From Cyanophora paradoxa CCMP329 (Eukaryota > Plantae > Glaucophyta), in the NCBI GenBank assembly GCA_004431415.1, contig QPMI01000064.1, positions 62,001 to 126,000 of the forward strand: a DNA stretch of 64,000 nt, in the 5' to 3' direction. Under the pieces are notes generated by a model, which was not told the origin of the DNA, made no database searches, and was given only the letters and a program-made list of their open reading frames with translations. A program made the translations under genes and the position numbers. Positions 1 to 19,753 of this stretch are shown piece after piece (the stretch's first letter is position 1; every line of letters begins with the position of its first letter).

Positions 1-360
1 AGCCTGTTTTGAGCTGGTGATCGACGGTTTAGTTGAGATCTGTTCGGCTCCTTCAATTCAGAGGTGTTTCACAAGTAAATGTAGATTCGAGGAAGTAGCA
101 TGACAGAAACCGATTTCGATTCGCTTTGATTCAAATGAATGTTTTGGCCAAATTACAAACTACGCGAAAAATCTCAACAGTCGAGTCTAGTCGCGTGCTC
201 CCGCGCTCCGGCACGCATGCAGTTCGGAGTTAACGTTCAATTTGAGCGTGCATGCATATCGGGCGAGAAATCTGGTCCGGCAAGAAACATTAAATTCCCG
301 GAGAGCCTCGGAGTATCCAAGTTCTGATGACTCCTGGGAGACCGCGGGAACGAGTACCCA

Positions 361-558
361 GTACTTGTCACAGACTCACAGTGACCGTCGGCGTCCGTCG
401 CTGTCCGGATCCGAGACTCCGAGTGACTCAAGCGGTGATGACGTCTACTTTCTAGTAGGGCCAAAAATTAATCCGATGATTTTTTGCAACGCCACGACTT
501 TTTTTTCAAGTTAGGTGAATTACCGGCCACATGTACACTGTGAGTCTGTGACATGTAC
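361..558. repeat. Short element bounded by 23-bp inverted repeats (MITE-like)
   Basis: gtacttgtcacagactcacagtg (361-383) matches the reverse complement of cactgtgagtctgtgacatgtac (536-558) at 22/23; interior is non-coding. Confidence 0.55.
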
Positions 559-620
559 AGTCTCTAGACACCGGGCGAATTCGGCAATTTTAATCCGCGG
601 CAATTTAAGCCATCCTACAG

Positions 621-808
621 TACCGTGTAACACTTAAGTATATAAGTAATGCGCGCACTTAAGTACGTAATGCGGTCCCAAATTAATGCGTTTTCGGCGC
701 TGGCTAAACGCATTATATTAAGATGATTAATGATTCATGCCGGTTTCTGCCGGCCGTCAAACCGCTTTACTAGAAATTTGGGCCCTAATTTTGGGGGCGC
801 ATACTGTA
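621..808. mobile_element. Degenerate copy of the MITE family seen intact at 57206-57457
   Basis: Starts taccgtgtaacacttaagta...taatgcgc and contains aattaatgcgttttc...aaacgcatta, as in the 57.2 kb element; right end is unclear. Confidence 0.55.
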
Positions 809-887
809 ATTCTGTAATTTCTGTAAGGCGCAATCTGCTGTGCCGGCTACGTATCGCTACTATTCTCTAGCGCTAGCTAATATAGCG

Positions 888-3800
888 CTAGCCGACGACC
901 TCGAGCTCGGCGAAGGGGTACCCCGCGGCGGCGTCGGCCACCGCCGGAAGGCCGTCCGCGGCGCGGGGTACGAAGAGCGCCGCCCGCACCTGCGGGGGAG
1001 GGGGATGGGGGGGAGGAACTTCGGAATCGGACGGGGGGCCGGGGGCGGGGCGCGCGTGAGAGTGGATCTAGTCTATAGCTAGTAGGAGGGGGAGGGGGGA
1101 GAGGGGGGAGGGGGGGGGGGGTTCGGGGGGCGGGGCGTGAGGCGTTCGCGGGCCCTGGCGGGGCCGTGCCGGGGGCCCAGAGACGGGGACTAGGGTTCAG
1201 AGCCCGAGGTCTAGATCTAGAGCAAGCAGGGGGCCGGGGGGGGGGGGGGAAGAGGGGGAAGAGGGGGGGGGGGGGGGGGGGCGGACCTCGGCCCCGCCAG
1301 CGCGGAGGGCGTCCAGTGACGCCAGCGCGCCCAGCTCCTGCCCCCAGCCCGGCGAGGCGTGAGGCGGAGCCTCGGAGCCGAGCGATGGAGGGCGGAGGGC
1401 CGGGGCGAGGGCGGGGGCGGGGCGAGGCTTATATTTAATTAGGGGGAGACTGGACGCCGGCTAGGTCCGGGGTCCTTCGGGGTACGGTCTAGGTCCTCTC
1501 TGGGCAGCGGCTTCTTATGATTAGATTGGATTCGAGAGCGGCGGGCACCTGGGGGCCTTAAACGTCCTTAGGGGTCTAGGCCTAGGTCCTGTCTATAGCT
1601 AGGCGGCCGCTTCTCAGAGACTTCGATTAGACTCGAGGGCGGGGGGCACCTGGGGGCCGGAGGGGGACCAGACGGCGTCTGCGCGCTCGAGGGCGGGGCA
1701 CGGCCGCGCCGCCGCCGCCGCCGCCACCGCCGCCACAAAGGCAGCCCCGCCCTCCACCTGCAGGACGAAATTAGATCTGGATCAAATCTAGATTAGATCT
1801 AGATCAAATCCAGGCGGACGCGGGCTACGTGGCAGTCGAGGCGGCGGAGGGCGCGGCGCCCGCGCTCGACGAGGCCGGCCGCCGCCCCGCACGCCGCCTC
1901 CTCCAGCGCCCCCCCCGGGCACGTCACCTGCGCGCGGGCCGGTGGGCTCGGGCGGGGCGACGGGGGCGGGGCGGCCGCCGGGCTCGGCGGCGGGCGCGGC
2001 GTGTGTGGATCCTATTTTCCTATCTACGGATCTCTTCCTTAGAGGCCTTAGAGGCGTCGGACCGGATGGGAGCGGACAGCCTAACGGGAGGCCAGGGCCC
2101 GGGGCGTTCAAGGGCGCACGGTGAGGTCTTGGATCTTCCATGCTATGCGTGTTCCTATCTATCTATGGATCTCCCGGACCGGATGGGAGCGGAGGGCCTC
2201 TAGAGGGAGGGCGGGGGGGAGCTGTGGAGAAGGCTTGGGCGCCATTTCGGGGCGCTAGGGCCCTAGAAGAGGCCCAGGCTCTATGGATCTTCCTTCAAGG
2301 CCTTAAAAGCGTCGGATCGGACGGGATCTGAGGGCCTAAAAGGAGGCCGGTCCTAGGCCTTGGAGGAGGCGCCGGCGCTGGAAGGGGCCCGGGGCGCTAA
2401 AGGGCGCACGGTGAGGGCCCTAGAAGACTAAAGGGAGGCCAGAGAAGAGGCCCCGGCGCGGGCGCGGGCCGCTCAGAGAGGCCGCTCAGAGGGCGCAGAT
2501 GGGAGCGGAGGGCCTAGAAGAAGAAGAGGGCCTAGGCTCTGGACGCACGGTGAGGTCGAGGGTGCGGAGGGCGGGGGCCGCCCCCGCCGCGTCCCCCAGC
2601 GCCCGCAGCAGGCCCGCGGACGCCCCGGAGCCTGCGGGGAGAGGAGGGAGGGCTCAGGAGGAGGAGGTGGGGGGGGGGGAGAGGGGGCGGGGGTACCGGC
2701 CAGGACCACGCGGGCGTCGAGCGAGGCCAGCCGCTGGGGGCGGGGTGGGGGTACACGATAGATAAGATTTTATGCTTTCCGGTCGAGGTTGGGAGGAGAG
2801 CCCGTACCGCTGCCTGCCCGAGGACCGGTACCCCGGCCGCGCTCTCCTCCTCCAGCTGGGTACCGAGCTCAGTCGACACAAGGGGCGGAGGGGAGGGGGT
2901 AGAAGGAGGGGGGTACGGCACCGCGATTACGAGGGACTCGAGGAGGGGTAGAGAGGCGACCTCCTCCAGGAGCGCGGGGGGTACGCGCCCGAAGGGGACG
3001 GCCAGGCGGCGGAGGCGGGCCCGTGCGGGGCCCCTCAGCAGGGCTGTTGAGGGGGGAGGGTATGCGCGCGGTGAGTAAGAGGGAAAGAGAAGTAAGCGAC
3101 GGCATCTTAAGATGGGCGGTGTCGTGGCCTTTAAAATCGGGCACCCCGCCGGCCTTTTGCTGGCTTCGTTCGCGGGGGGCGGGGCCGGGGAGGGGTACGC
3201 GATCCAGAGAGCGGCGCACCGAGCACCGCGGCGCAGTCGCCGTCGAGGGGCTCCACTTCCACGGCCTGGCCCGCGCCCGCCCCGCCCCGGTCAGCAGAAG
3301 GTCAATTTATCTGGTACCCCTGCCGACCCCCCACCCCCCCGGCTCCCTCTTCCCCCGCGCCCCGCGGAGCGATCGGACCGTCGGATCCCTTCATCCCCTT
3401 CAACTCTTTCATCCCCCCTCTCCTTCTGGGGTACCCCCCGCGGACCTCGAGGAGGGGTAGCCGGGTTAGGTGCTGGAGGGCGGCGCCGCCCACCGCGCAG
3501 ATCGCCAGCCGCCGCAGGCCCGGCAGCGCCGAGACCAGCGCAGAGACCTGGGGGAGGATGCTTAGCTGAGGCTTAGCTGAAGCTGAAGGGTGAGCTAGGA
3601 TGGGGGCGGGGTTGGGCGGGAGGGGGGAAGAAGGCAGGAGTGAAGGGGGGGAAGGGGAAGGGGCTCGCTGGGGCCCCGGGAAACGGGACCCGCCCGGATT
3701 CGAGTCCGCGCACCTCGGAGTCGCGGAGCAGGCGCCGCGGGAGGCGGAGGGCGCGGAGGCGGGGCAGGGCGGCCCAGGAGAAGGGCCGCGGGTCCCACAT

Positions 3801-4540
3801 GACTGCCCAGAATCGTCGAAGTCAGAAACCAAAGCTTTGAAGAAGACTTAGACTAAGCGGGACGCGGGCGCCGACCTTCAAGGGACGCTTCGACAACCTC
3901 TAAGGTCGAGAAGGGGGCGAGGGCCTGCGGCGGCGGCGGCGGCGGCTCGGCCGGGCCGCGGGGCGGGGACGGCGCGGGTTCGAATCGCGGCGCGCGCCTG
4001 AAGCAGGTCCAGGGAGCGCGAGGGGGGGCCGCGCCTGCGCCCCGCCGGCCGCTGCTTCCGCTCCTCATCCTCCTCCCCACCCCCGCCTCCCAGCTCCTCC
4101 TCCTCCTCCCCTTCGTCCTCCTCGTCCTCGAGCTCGTCTTCCTCGTCGCCGCTCGCCAGCGGCGCGTCGCTCTCGATCTCGGCGCGCTCCAGCGGGCACG
4201 CGTGCAGGGCGCCCAGCAGTTCGGAGGCCACCTCCGCCTCCACGCGGCTCCCGTAGCGCAGCCGCACGCCCCGCACGCCGCGGTACCACCCGAACGCCGC
4301 GCGGCGCGCCACGCGCCGCAGCGCTGCCTCGCGCGCCACCCCGACGCCGCCGAACGCGAAGAAACCGCGGGAGAGGTCGAGGAGAGCGTACTCGGCGCCG
4401 CGGGCGGCCTCGCGGAGGCGGCGGCTCACGCAGTGGAGCATCGCGACCTCGACGGCCTGCAGCGGGCCGAGCTCCGCCGCCACGCGGTGCAGGAGCGCGT
4501 CCGGCAGGCGCTCCAGGGCGGAGAGGCCGCCCCCGTCCAT
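888..4540 (-). CDS. F-box/LRR-like protein, multi-exon
   Basis: N-terminus MDGGGLSALERLPDALLHRVAAEL...HCVSRRLREAA fits an F-box. Spliced exons give LRR-like motifs (LPRLRALRL, LPGLRRLAI, LRTLDL, LRRLDC). Last exon VRAALFVP...ELEVVG* ends at 888. Confidence 0.7.
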
Positions 4541-4807
4541 GGCCGGGCGGGCGGGCGCCCTCGCCGCCGCGGTTGGGTAGACGCGCAAGCTGCGCAGGGG
4601 CGCGATCCGCCGGCGAGGGACGGTGGCTAAGCTCGCCGAGGCCGGTCGAGAGGTCCGATCAGGGCGCCGGAGCTTCGAGACCAGCGCTGTGCGCCGCTCG
4701 CGGTCAACTCGGCGAGGGGGATCCGTGCGCTGCAGGCGATCCCGCGTCCGCGCGGCGCTCCAAGCAAGGCACGCCTTCTCCTCGGGCCGTGCTGGGCGGG
4801 CTCCGGC

Positions 4808-4907
4808 GGCGGGCGCGGGCCAGGCTGTGGAGGCGGAGCCTCTCGACGGGGATTGCGCCGCGGTGCTCGGCGGCAGTCGGCGCGCCGCTCTGGAGTGCGT
4901 ACCCCTC
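4808..4907 (+). pseudogene. Orphan inverted copy of one F-box/LRR exon with intron flanks
   Basis: cag|AVEAEPLDGDCAAVLG on + matches exon AVEVEPLDGDCAAVLG at ~3190-3283 on -. Confidence 0.7.
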
Positions 4908-5140
4908 TCCGGTCTTGCCCCGGGCGAACGAAGGGTCGATAATTGGTTCCCCTAGCCGCCGATAATTGGAAACGGTGCCGAAAAGAAAGTGATAATGGGG
5001 CGAGGGCAGCTACCAAAATGCCGGCGGGAGCGGTGTCCGGCCACACTTCAAGTTCACCCGCCGGCCTCTCGCGCGCGCACCAGCACCGCCCCGCCGACGA
5101 GTTCGTTTCTGTCTCTAGCAGGCAAAGCAGTATTACAGCA

Positions 5141-6642
5141 ATGGCCTTCATCGTCCCCGTGCCCACTCTCTCCGCACAGCGCAACGGCGCTTTCGCCCGG
5201 TCGGCGCTGATCAGCCAGAAGGGCAGCCTCAGCAGGCCCGCGATCACTTCGCGCGGCTTCTTCGGCAGCTCGCAGCCCTTCCAGCACGAGGCCGGCGCCA
5301 CCCAGGCCCGCCGCTTCTTCGTCGCCGCCGAGGCCGCCGCCGGCGCGTCCATTGTCACCTCGGTCCCCGAGAATGCGGTGTCCACCGTCATCCCCGGCCC
5401 GATCACCGTCGTGCCCAAGCCCTCGACTGGTGCGTACGCCGCCCGCGCAGCCCCTCGCCGCCCGCGCGCTCGAATTAATTAAACGCGCGCGCGCAGGCGT
5501 CGACATGTTCAACTACGCTGTGGAGGCGGGCGTGAAGAAGAGCAAGATGGCCAACTGGCGCGTGTTCGTCCTCAGCATGATGGCGGGCTCGTTCGTCGCC
5601 GCCGCCATGGCCCTCAACCTGTCGGTGCGCCAATCATTGCGCGGGCGCCCCGGGCGGGCGCGGGCGAGCCCCCCGAGCTGCGCCGGGGGTTGTTTAGACC
5701 TCGAATGACTCGGCGACTGACGCGGCGCGCGCTCGCGCAGCTCCTCGGCATGCTCACCGCCGGCACCGGCGCGCTCGGCTACGGCCTCGCGAAGACCATC
5801 TCCTGCGCGTTCTTCCCCTTCGGCCTCTTCCTCGTGCTCGTCTACGGCGCTGAGATGTGCGTTGCATCGCCCGCGCGCCCGCCGGCCCGCCCGCGCGCGC
5901 GCCCGACCCCTAGCTGAAGCGGCGCCGCGCACGCACAGGTACACCACCAACACCATGTACATGACTGCCTCGCTCCTCGAGAAGAAGACCACCGTCATGG
6001 ACCTCGTCCGCTCCTGGGTGCGCAGCGCGCGAGATTTGAACTTTCGATCCGGGCGCGCCCCGGGGCGAGGCAGCCGGCTAATTCCGCGCGCTGCGCAGTC
6101 GGTCTCGTGGCTCGGCAACGTCGCGGGCTGCCTGTGCGTGGCGATGCTCTGCAAGGCGTCGGGCATGTTCGCCCCGGGCCCGATCGCCGAGGCCTTCGCG
6201 CACGCGACCGAGGCCAAGGCGCTCCAGCCCCTCGGCAAGATGTTCTTCAAGGGCATCATGGCCAACTGGCTCGTCTGCACCGCCGCGTACGGCTCGCTCG
6301 CCTCGAAGGATATGGTCTCCAAGGCCGCCACCATCTGGCTCCCCGTCATGACCTTCATCTTCCTCGGCACTGAGCACTCCGTCGCGGTTCGCCAGGCTCT
6401 TCTTGGCTTCACGTGCGGTTGGATTTGACCTCTGACCTGGGCCGCGCGCGCAGAACATGTACACCCTGCCCTGCGGCATCTTCGCGGGCGCGCACGGCGT
6501 GAGCTGGTTCCACGTCTTCCGCAACTGGATCGTCGCGTCGGCGGGCAACGCCCTCGGCGGCGCCGTCATGGTCGGTGTGATGACGTGGCTCGGCCACCGG
6601 GCCCTTAAGGCCGAGACTGTCAAGAAGGCCGAGGCCAAGTAA
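5141..6642 (+). CDS. Formate/nitrite transporter (FNT; NAR1/LCIA-like), probably plastid-targeted
   Basis: Six exons give FNT motifs FPFGLFLV, GAEMYTTN, GNVAG, KGIMANWLVC, GTEHSVANMY, GNALGG. Ser/Arg/Ala-rich N-terminal extension begins MAFIVPVP. Confidence 0.92.
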
Positions 6643-7476
6643 ACGGCCCAGCGTCTCTCCGATTCGCTTTCCGTTTATTTTTGCGTTTCAACCCCTTTGG
6701 CTCTCTCGATCCCTTACACAATACTTTGCCACGCCTGTACTGTTGCTATAGAGACAGTTTTGTAATGTTATTCAAGCTCTTGAATTTGCGTTAGACAGTT
6801 AGACAGCTAGTGAGATGCAGATGTCTAGGTTTCCCCGTCCATTGTGTGGACGATTGTACTTTTGCTGCCGATGCAAAATGCATTTGCGTCATCGTCTTCG
6901 TCTTCGCGACGCCGCCGGAGCCGGGAAATAATTTATTAATATTAATTGGAGGGCTGCCTCCCCACAAGCAAGCGAGGGTTGCCTCGCGAGACCCGCTTGG
7001 GCGAAGCAGCCGAACCTGGGCTTAAGCTTGGGATCGTGCACAAGCCCGCGCGCGGCACAGTTCGGGTTGGATCGAGGACCATCCCCTTGTGGCCACAGTA
7101 CTAGTCCCGGCCCGGTCATCCCGCGGCCGACCCGCTAGCTCCGGCCTGCAGCTGCAGCTACCGGCGCCCCCGGACCCGAGCCGACGCTCTTCGAAAATTC
7201 GTACACGTCCCGGGCGCGCCGTCTGGACTCTGGATCCCGCGCCGCGGGGGCCTCGCGGCGATGCCTGCGCATATGCATGCGCATGCATTCGAACTCTTGA
7301 TTAAATTGCACATTGCAATTGAGCTTGTATGCCAAAAACCGCGTGCGATCACATTTACAACAGAATTGGAGGCCCGGCGGAGCCCGGCCCGGGGGAAGAG
7401 GTCTCCAGAAAGGGGAATTAGAAGGGGACGGGGAAAGCGGTCAGGGGACCCTCGGAGACCGGAGGGCGCCCGCCGC

Positions 7477-9295
7477 TCAGAAATCCTCCGAAGTCACGGT
7501 GACGAGCCGGACCTGCGAGGGTACAGGCCTCAGAGACGGGGGGGGGGTCGAGCGCGAGAAGGGGGGTACGACGCGACGCGACGCGCCTCGGCGACGACGT
7601 CCCGCTTTATCCGGACCGGCCGGCCCTGCGAGAAGAAACCGATTCGAATTCGTGGGGGGGGGGGATCGAGGGCGGGGTACCTTGATGTTGATGCTCACGT
7701 GGCGCTCGTCCCGCCCGAGGAGGGTACCCGTCCACTCCTCCTGGCCCTGGGCGCACGCGCGACTCCGCGTCAGAGCGGACCCACGGGCCGCTGGCGTCGC
7801 GCCCCGAGTCCAGATCCGTGTACCCCCGCGGACCTTGTGGAAGGGTTCGACGGTGCGTACGGCGACGGGGAACGATTTGAAGGTCCGGAAGTCCCGGTCG
7901 CTCTGGGGGGGTACGCGTTCAGCCGCGCAGAGGAGCGCTCAACCCCGCTGCTTTCCCATAGCTATAGCTAGCGCCGCTGAACGAAAGGTGCACCGCCCTA
8001 GCCTCGTGCCGTCTCTCGCAAGCGAGCGCCCCCCGTACCCCTGTCTCCCGCTCCCGAAACCCCATACCCCCCCGCGGACCTGGAGGACGTCGGATATGCC
8101 GGGGGAGGAGACCTCCAAAAAGTACTGTTCGTCCCCGAAGATTTCTGGGGTGAGGGGGGGTACAGGACGTTAGGATGGGGGGGGGGGCGGATTCGAGGGT
8201 TCAAGGGGGGGGGGAAGGGGGTACCGGCGGCGTCGAGGGCCTCGGAGATGTGTCGGGAGAGGGCCTCACAGTCGTCGACGGTCGGGTCCTCCTCGTACTC
8301 GATCTGCGGGGGAGGGGGGTACGGGGCGCGCGGCTCGTCATCCAAGAGGGAGGAGGAGGGGGGTACGTGCGCGGCGCGGAGCTCGCCTCGTCCTCGTCGA
8401 CCTCGATGTCGTCCTCGTCCTCGTCCTCCTCTGCCCACTCGGGCTCCTGATCCGCATCCATCACCTAAGGGAGCGCGGCGGGCGGGGCGGGTCAGCGGCA
8501 GGCCGCGCAGCGCTGCGCAGCGCCGGCAGCTTGGCTCGCCTCGATATCGAGCTCCTGGTCGACATCGGTGTCGTCGGCGTCCGGATCGTACTGCGTCGGT
8601 CCGGCGCGGCGGCCTCAGCGGGGCGCGGGGATGGGCGGGCCCGGGTGCTGCGCTGCGCTGCGCGGCGCGGCTCGCCTGGTCCTCGTCCTCGTCCTCGTCC
8701 TCCTCCTCTTCGAGCTCCTCCTCCTCGTCCTCCTCCACCCTCGCTATGCTCACGCGAAGAGTTGACGGGACGGACGATCGGTCATACACGACATTGACGA
8801 TCTGCGGCGCGGAGTCGGCGCACACGGCGCGAGATGATGAAGGCGGCGCGGGCGCAGACGCGCTGCCCGCCTCCTGTACGTGTACGCACCTCCAGGCCCA
8901 GCTCGCCGGCGTAGCGCTCCGCGATGTCCTTGACCTTCTGCTCGATCTGCTTGGCGAACGTGTTGGCGACCCTCTTGGGTTTCTCCGGAGGCGGCGACTT
9001 CTTGTTGGGGCTCGGCACGGCCGCTGCGGTCGCGGGACCTCATTCGCGATCTCAGCGGCGGGGGCGGGGAGGCGGACGCACACGCGAATGTGACCGGAAG
9101 GCGCGGCTTAGCTACGGAGAACTGCTCTGGCCGGGCCTCCGTCACGGCGAAGCGGGAGCCGAAGAACGCTGGCCGCGGCCGGTGCCAGTGGGTGCCGGGC
9201 CGCAGGGACGCTGAGAAAGCGCTGCAGACAGCCTGGGGAGCCTCGCCGGGCGCCGGGCGGGCCCCGGCAAGCGCGTGAAGGGACGCGACGAACAT
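7477..9295 (-). CDS. rimP: Ribosome maturation factor RimP, probably plastid-targeted, with acidic insertion
   Basis: Spliced exons give LRVSIAR...PTVDDCEALSRHISEALD...YFLEVSSPGISDVL...FKSFPVAV...WTGTLLGRDERHVSINIK. Transit-peptide-like N-terminus MFVASLHALAGAR. Confidence 0.85.
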
Positions 9296-9558
9296 CTCGA
9301 TGTGCGAGACCGGGTCACCGTTCCGGCCGGGGCCACTTTGGATGTTCATCGGGCTTGTCCAGCCGCTCAGGGTAACCCGCAGCTGCAAACCGAACGTAGC
9401 CGCATCAGCGTCGCGCCAGCAACTTTTTGGTGCGCGGCGCCCGCAAAACCATCGTGCCGCGCGCCGCTGACCCGCATGGCCGTCGCGCAGGCGCCCCCGT
9501 TCGCCTCCAGCGCGTACGTAACTCACCGGCCCCGGCTCGCACGTTCGCCGCTCCAGCG
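9296..9558. promoter_or_regulatory. Compact bidirectional promoter region (rimP / prolyl oligopeptidase)
   Basis: Only 263 bp separate the divergent ATGs at 9295 (-) and 9559 (+). Confidence 0.5.
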
Positions 9559-16486
<6,928 letters not shown>

Positions 16487-17074
16487 CCGCAAGGCCGCCC
16501 CGGCCCCTCGCCCTGACTTTCACAAGGCTGGGTGTTCTTAAGCTTGTACGTAATCCTAAGTGCAACGACGATTTCGAATCAAAGGCAGCGACCCGCGGGC
16601 TTCATAATGGGCTCGTCGGGACTCGCCTTGGTGGTCTCGCCACTGCCGCCCGATTAAAACATCAAAACACGGGATCCTTTCCTGGGGCGCTTATAATTAC
16701 CTGTGGTTTTTTAACTGAAATCTGAACTAACGAGCGCGGGGCTAGTGTGGTAGCTATAGGCTGGGTTGGCGCGCTGGGCAGGCCGGTGGCCTGCAGCTGC
16801 AGTGCAGGTGCAGCTGGTAATGTCTTCTCTGGGTACAGGACTGAGAGTACAGGCGTACCCCGGTAGGGTGCTATGCGCTAGGTACTAGTACTAGGATGTA
16901 CTTGGTGGTACAGAGTACTAATCTCTACTGCAACTTAGGTTGGCCTATAGTGCCTATACACCAGCTAGGTTGCAATTATATATATTTTATCTGCTGGCCA
17001 TTGATATTGCTTGGCGCCGGCCATGAATCCGGATGACTGGGCCGGGGGCCTACATATATAGGCGGGTGTCATGA

Positions 17075-19753
17075 TCAGCTGCAGTTCGAAATTCGCAGCC
17101 CAGTTGCAAGCGCAATGCCGCTCGCAATGAAGGCCAGCAGGAGATCGATCTGCGTATGCAGTGTGCGGGGAGATCAGCAGAAGAGAAGATCCGATGATCT
17201 AAAGCTAAAATATGAATATTGTAAAGACTCATGATCATGATCACCGAGAAACTTGACAGTGGGGTGGCGGTTGAGGCCCCTGTTAGAAATTACCATGTAG
17301 CGAATCAGCAACGCGATCCAATGCATATGCTCATCAAGAGACTCCGAGGCTCCCGGGACCCATGCCCAGAAACAACGCACAGTAAGGGACACTCGCGGGG
17401 CCCGCCGCCGACCTGGGGACCCACCGGAAAACCTGCCGTTCGCCGCGGATTGGGATCCCATATGCATGACTGAGAAATTTCGGATTCTGCGTGATCAGAC
17501 CTCCGCAAGGACGAAGGAAGCGAACTCAGGTGTGGCCGACGCGGACTCGATTCGCAGATCGTACTGCGCATACGTGCGGATCGAAACGTCGAAGGTTCGG
17601 TGCAGATTATAAAAGTTCGCACGGAAGAGTCCGCAATAAACTGCAAGAGAGCGCGCCGGTTGCTCTTTGGAAGCGGAGGGACCTCTGGGATGGGGCGAAT
17701 TCGAATACTGTCATTTGGATTGACAAGCACATATGCATGCCATGGCAGGCGCGCACTGAATCGCAAGGTTGTTGAGTCCGGTATCGAAGCCTCGAGGGCC
17801 TCAATCTTTCTGCTGCTGTTTTTCGGATCGACCACGTACACCTTGATTGGTTTATTGACCTGCCGCAGTGCCGTATGCGACCACAGCCAGTGATATCGAT
17901 CATGGTCGTGAGCAGACAATCGTCGGACAGAGAACAATTCCATATCACCGGCATGTTAGTGCCCTTGATGACCACAAAGTCCGCGCTCCCAGTCTGCGCG
18001 TGCGGCGGTGTGCAATACATAAGTGATCATGATTAGCTGCGATCGCGAACTGCATGGCTTCGCGATCGAACAACAACGGCCACGATATCGATATGTACCT
18101 CCGCAGGGGCCGACAGAACAAGACCGCTCACAGTGATGCGCTTTGTTCCATCCTGATGGGGGATTTCAAGTTTATATTGATCATGATGACATCGATATCG
18201 ATATCATGCGTGAGAAGGCGAACGTGCATGTGCATGCAGAAAGCGCTACTATATATGAAGCGGCATATAATATGGTTTTTGGCACCGGATCTGTTGTTGT
18301 AATGACGCTGCTTCCGGATAGGTCAAACTATGTATACGATCAATCAGAATTAGCCACTGTCAATCAATATTCACATTGCGCAACATCGACGTCAAAAGCA
18401 TGCATATGCGCGCACCAGTTTGCCTTCGATAAGCAGTTGGACGATATCCAATGTAACGTTCGATACAGGCTGCTTAATGCAGTCAGCGAGAGTGGATGTG
18501 ATTGATATCCGGCGGCGGAGGCTTTTGTCAAGGCGTTAACGCCAACGGGGCTTTTAATTTCTCACCAGTGGAGGCACGGGGCTCGAGGACGGGCTCTTCG
18601 AGGGGCTGGGTGAAATTGCCGGGCTTGCGATTGCCGATGGGCTTGGCGAGGGCAACGGGCTTGCGATTGCCGATGGGCTGGGCGAGGGACTGGGAGAAGC
18701 ATTCGCCGATGGGCTAGGGATGGGCGAGGGACTCGGCGAAGCAGTGGCCGATGGGCTAGGGCTAGGGCTCGGCGAGGCGCTGGGGGTCTGAGCGCCTGAA
18801 GTGTGAGTTTGATGTGAACGTGTGAAAGGTTTTGCTACGTATATATACGTATACCGGCGGACAATCGGCGTAGAGGAACTTGAATTCGAACTCGGGGTCA
18901 GCTGTTTTCGCGCACGTGCGCATATGCATGCGTCAGTCCAGATCCATGGCCACACGTACGTATATATACGCGTCATGCATATGGCCGCGCCGGGCGGCAC
19001 GCACTTTCAACCAGATTTACCATCCGAATCATGTCAGTTTGGAACGTGGCCAAAGCCGCGCTGTAGTTATACTTTGGTGGGACGGGTGCGACTGCTGTCA
19101 GGGCAGCAGATCCATCTCGCGATATGCGATATGTGTTGGCGGCCGTGGCGTTGATCGAGAATGAGATGCCCGCTTGAACGTTGGACTGGGCCTATATACG
19201 TATACGCGTACGGCCCATACGCATGCATTGTTCGCGACGTCAAATCGGAGTCATGTGCACGTGCAAGTACTAGTGGATGCATATATATACGTATGCAAGC
19301 ATGCGCACCAGAAAATTGCTAAACTCGCCAATTGGCGTGCCGTAGAATTGCGATGGGACGCCGGCGCCAGCGGATGGATAATACAAAGTGTACATTTGAA
19401 TGCCGTTTGAAACAGTGCTGAGGGAGCTGTTGAAAAACTGGGCGGGCACACCTTGGGATGACGCGCCCGAAGGTCATTGCGTATATATATTTGAAACGGT
19501 AAATACAAGCGACTGTCGCAGGGCACGCACTTGCGTTGCATGTAGTCAGCTTTACACCCGCTCCCGACAGCATCTGCACTCCCACGGCCTCCCAGCACTT
19601 CGTATCGTCTGCAGCGAAGACGACTTGGAATGGCTGGGCCGGTGTGAACGTCGTCTCGCCGCATGACTCCACCGGATTCACGATAGTCAGAACCAAGACG
19701 CAAAGCAGCGTGGCGGCTGCAGCTAGCGCTGTTCCCAGGCGGAGACCTGTCAT
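17075..19753 (-). CDS. Secreted/surface glycoprotein with Ser-Pro repeat stalk and hydrophobic C-terminus, multi-exon
   Basis: Signal peptide MTGLRLGTALAAAATLLCVLVLTIVNPVES; ricin-B-like segment KCWEAVG...VKLTTCN; (SP)n block at 18570-18790; RRALLQ motif; terminal IDLLLAFIASGIALATGLRISNCS*. Confidence 0.6.
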
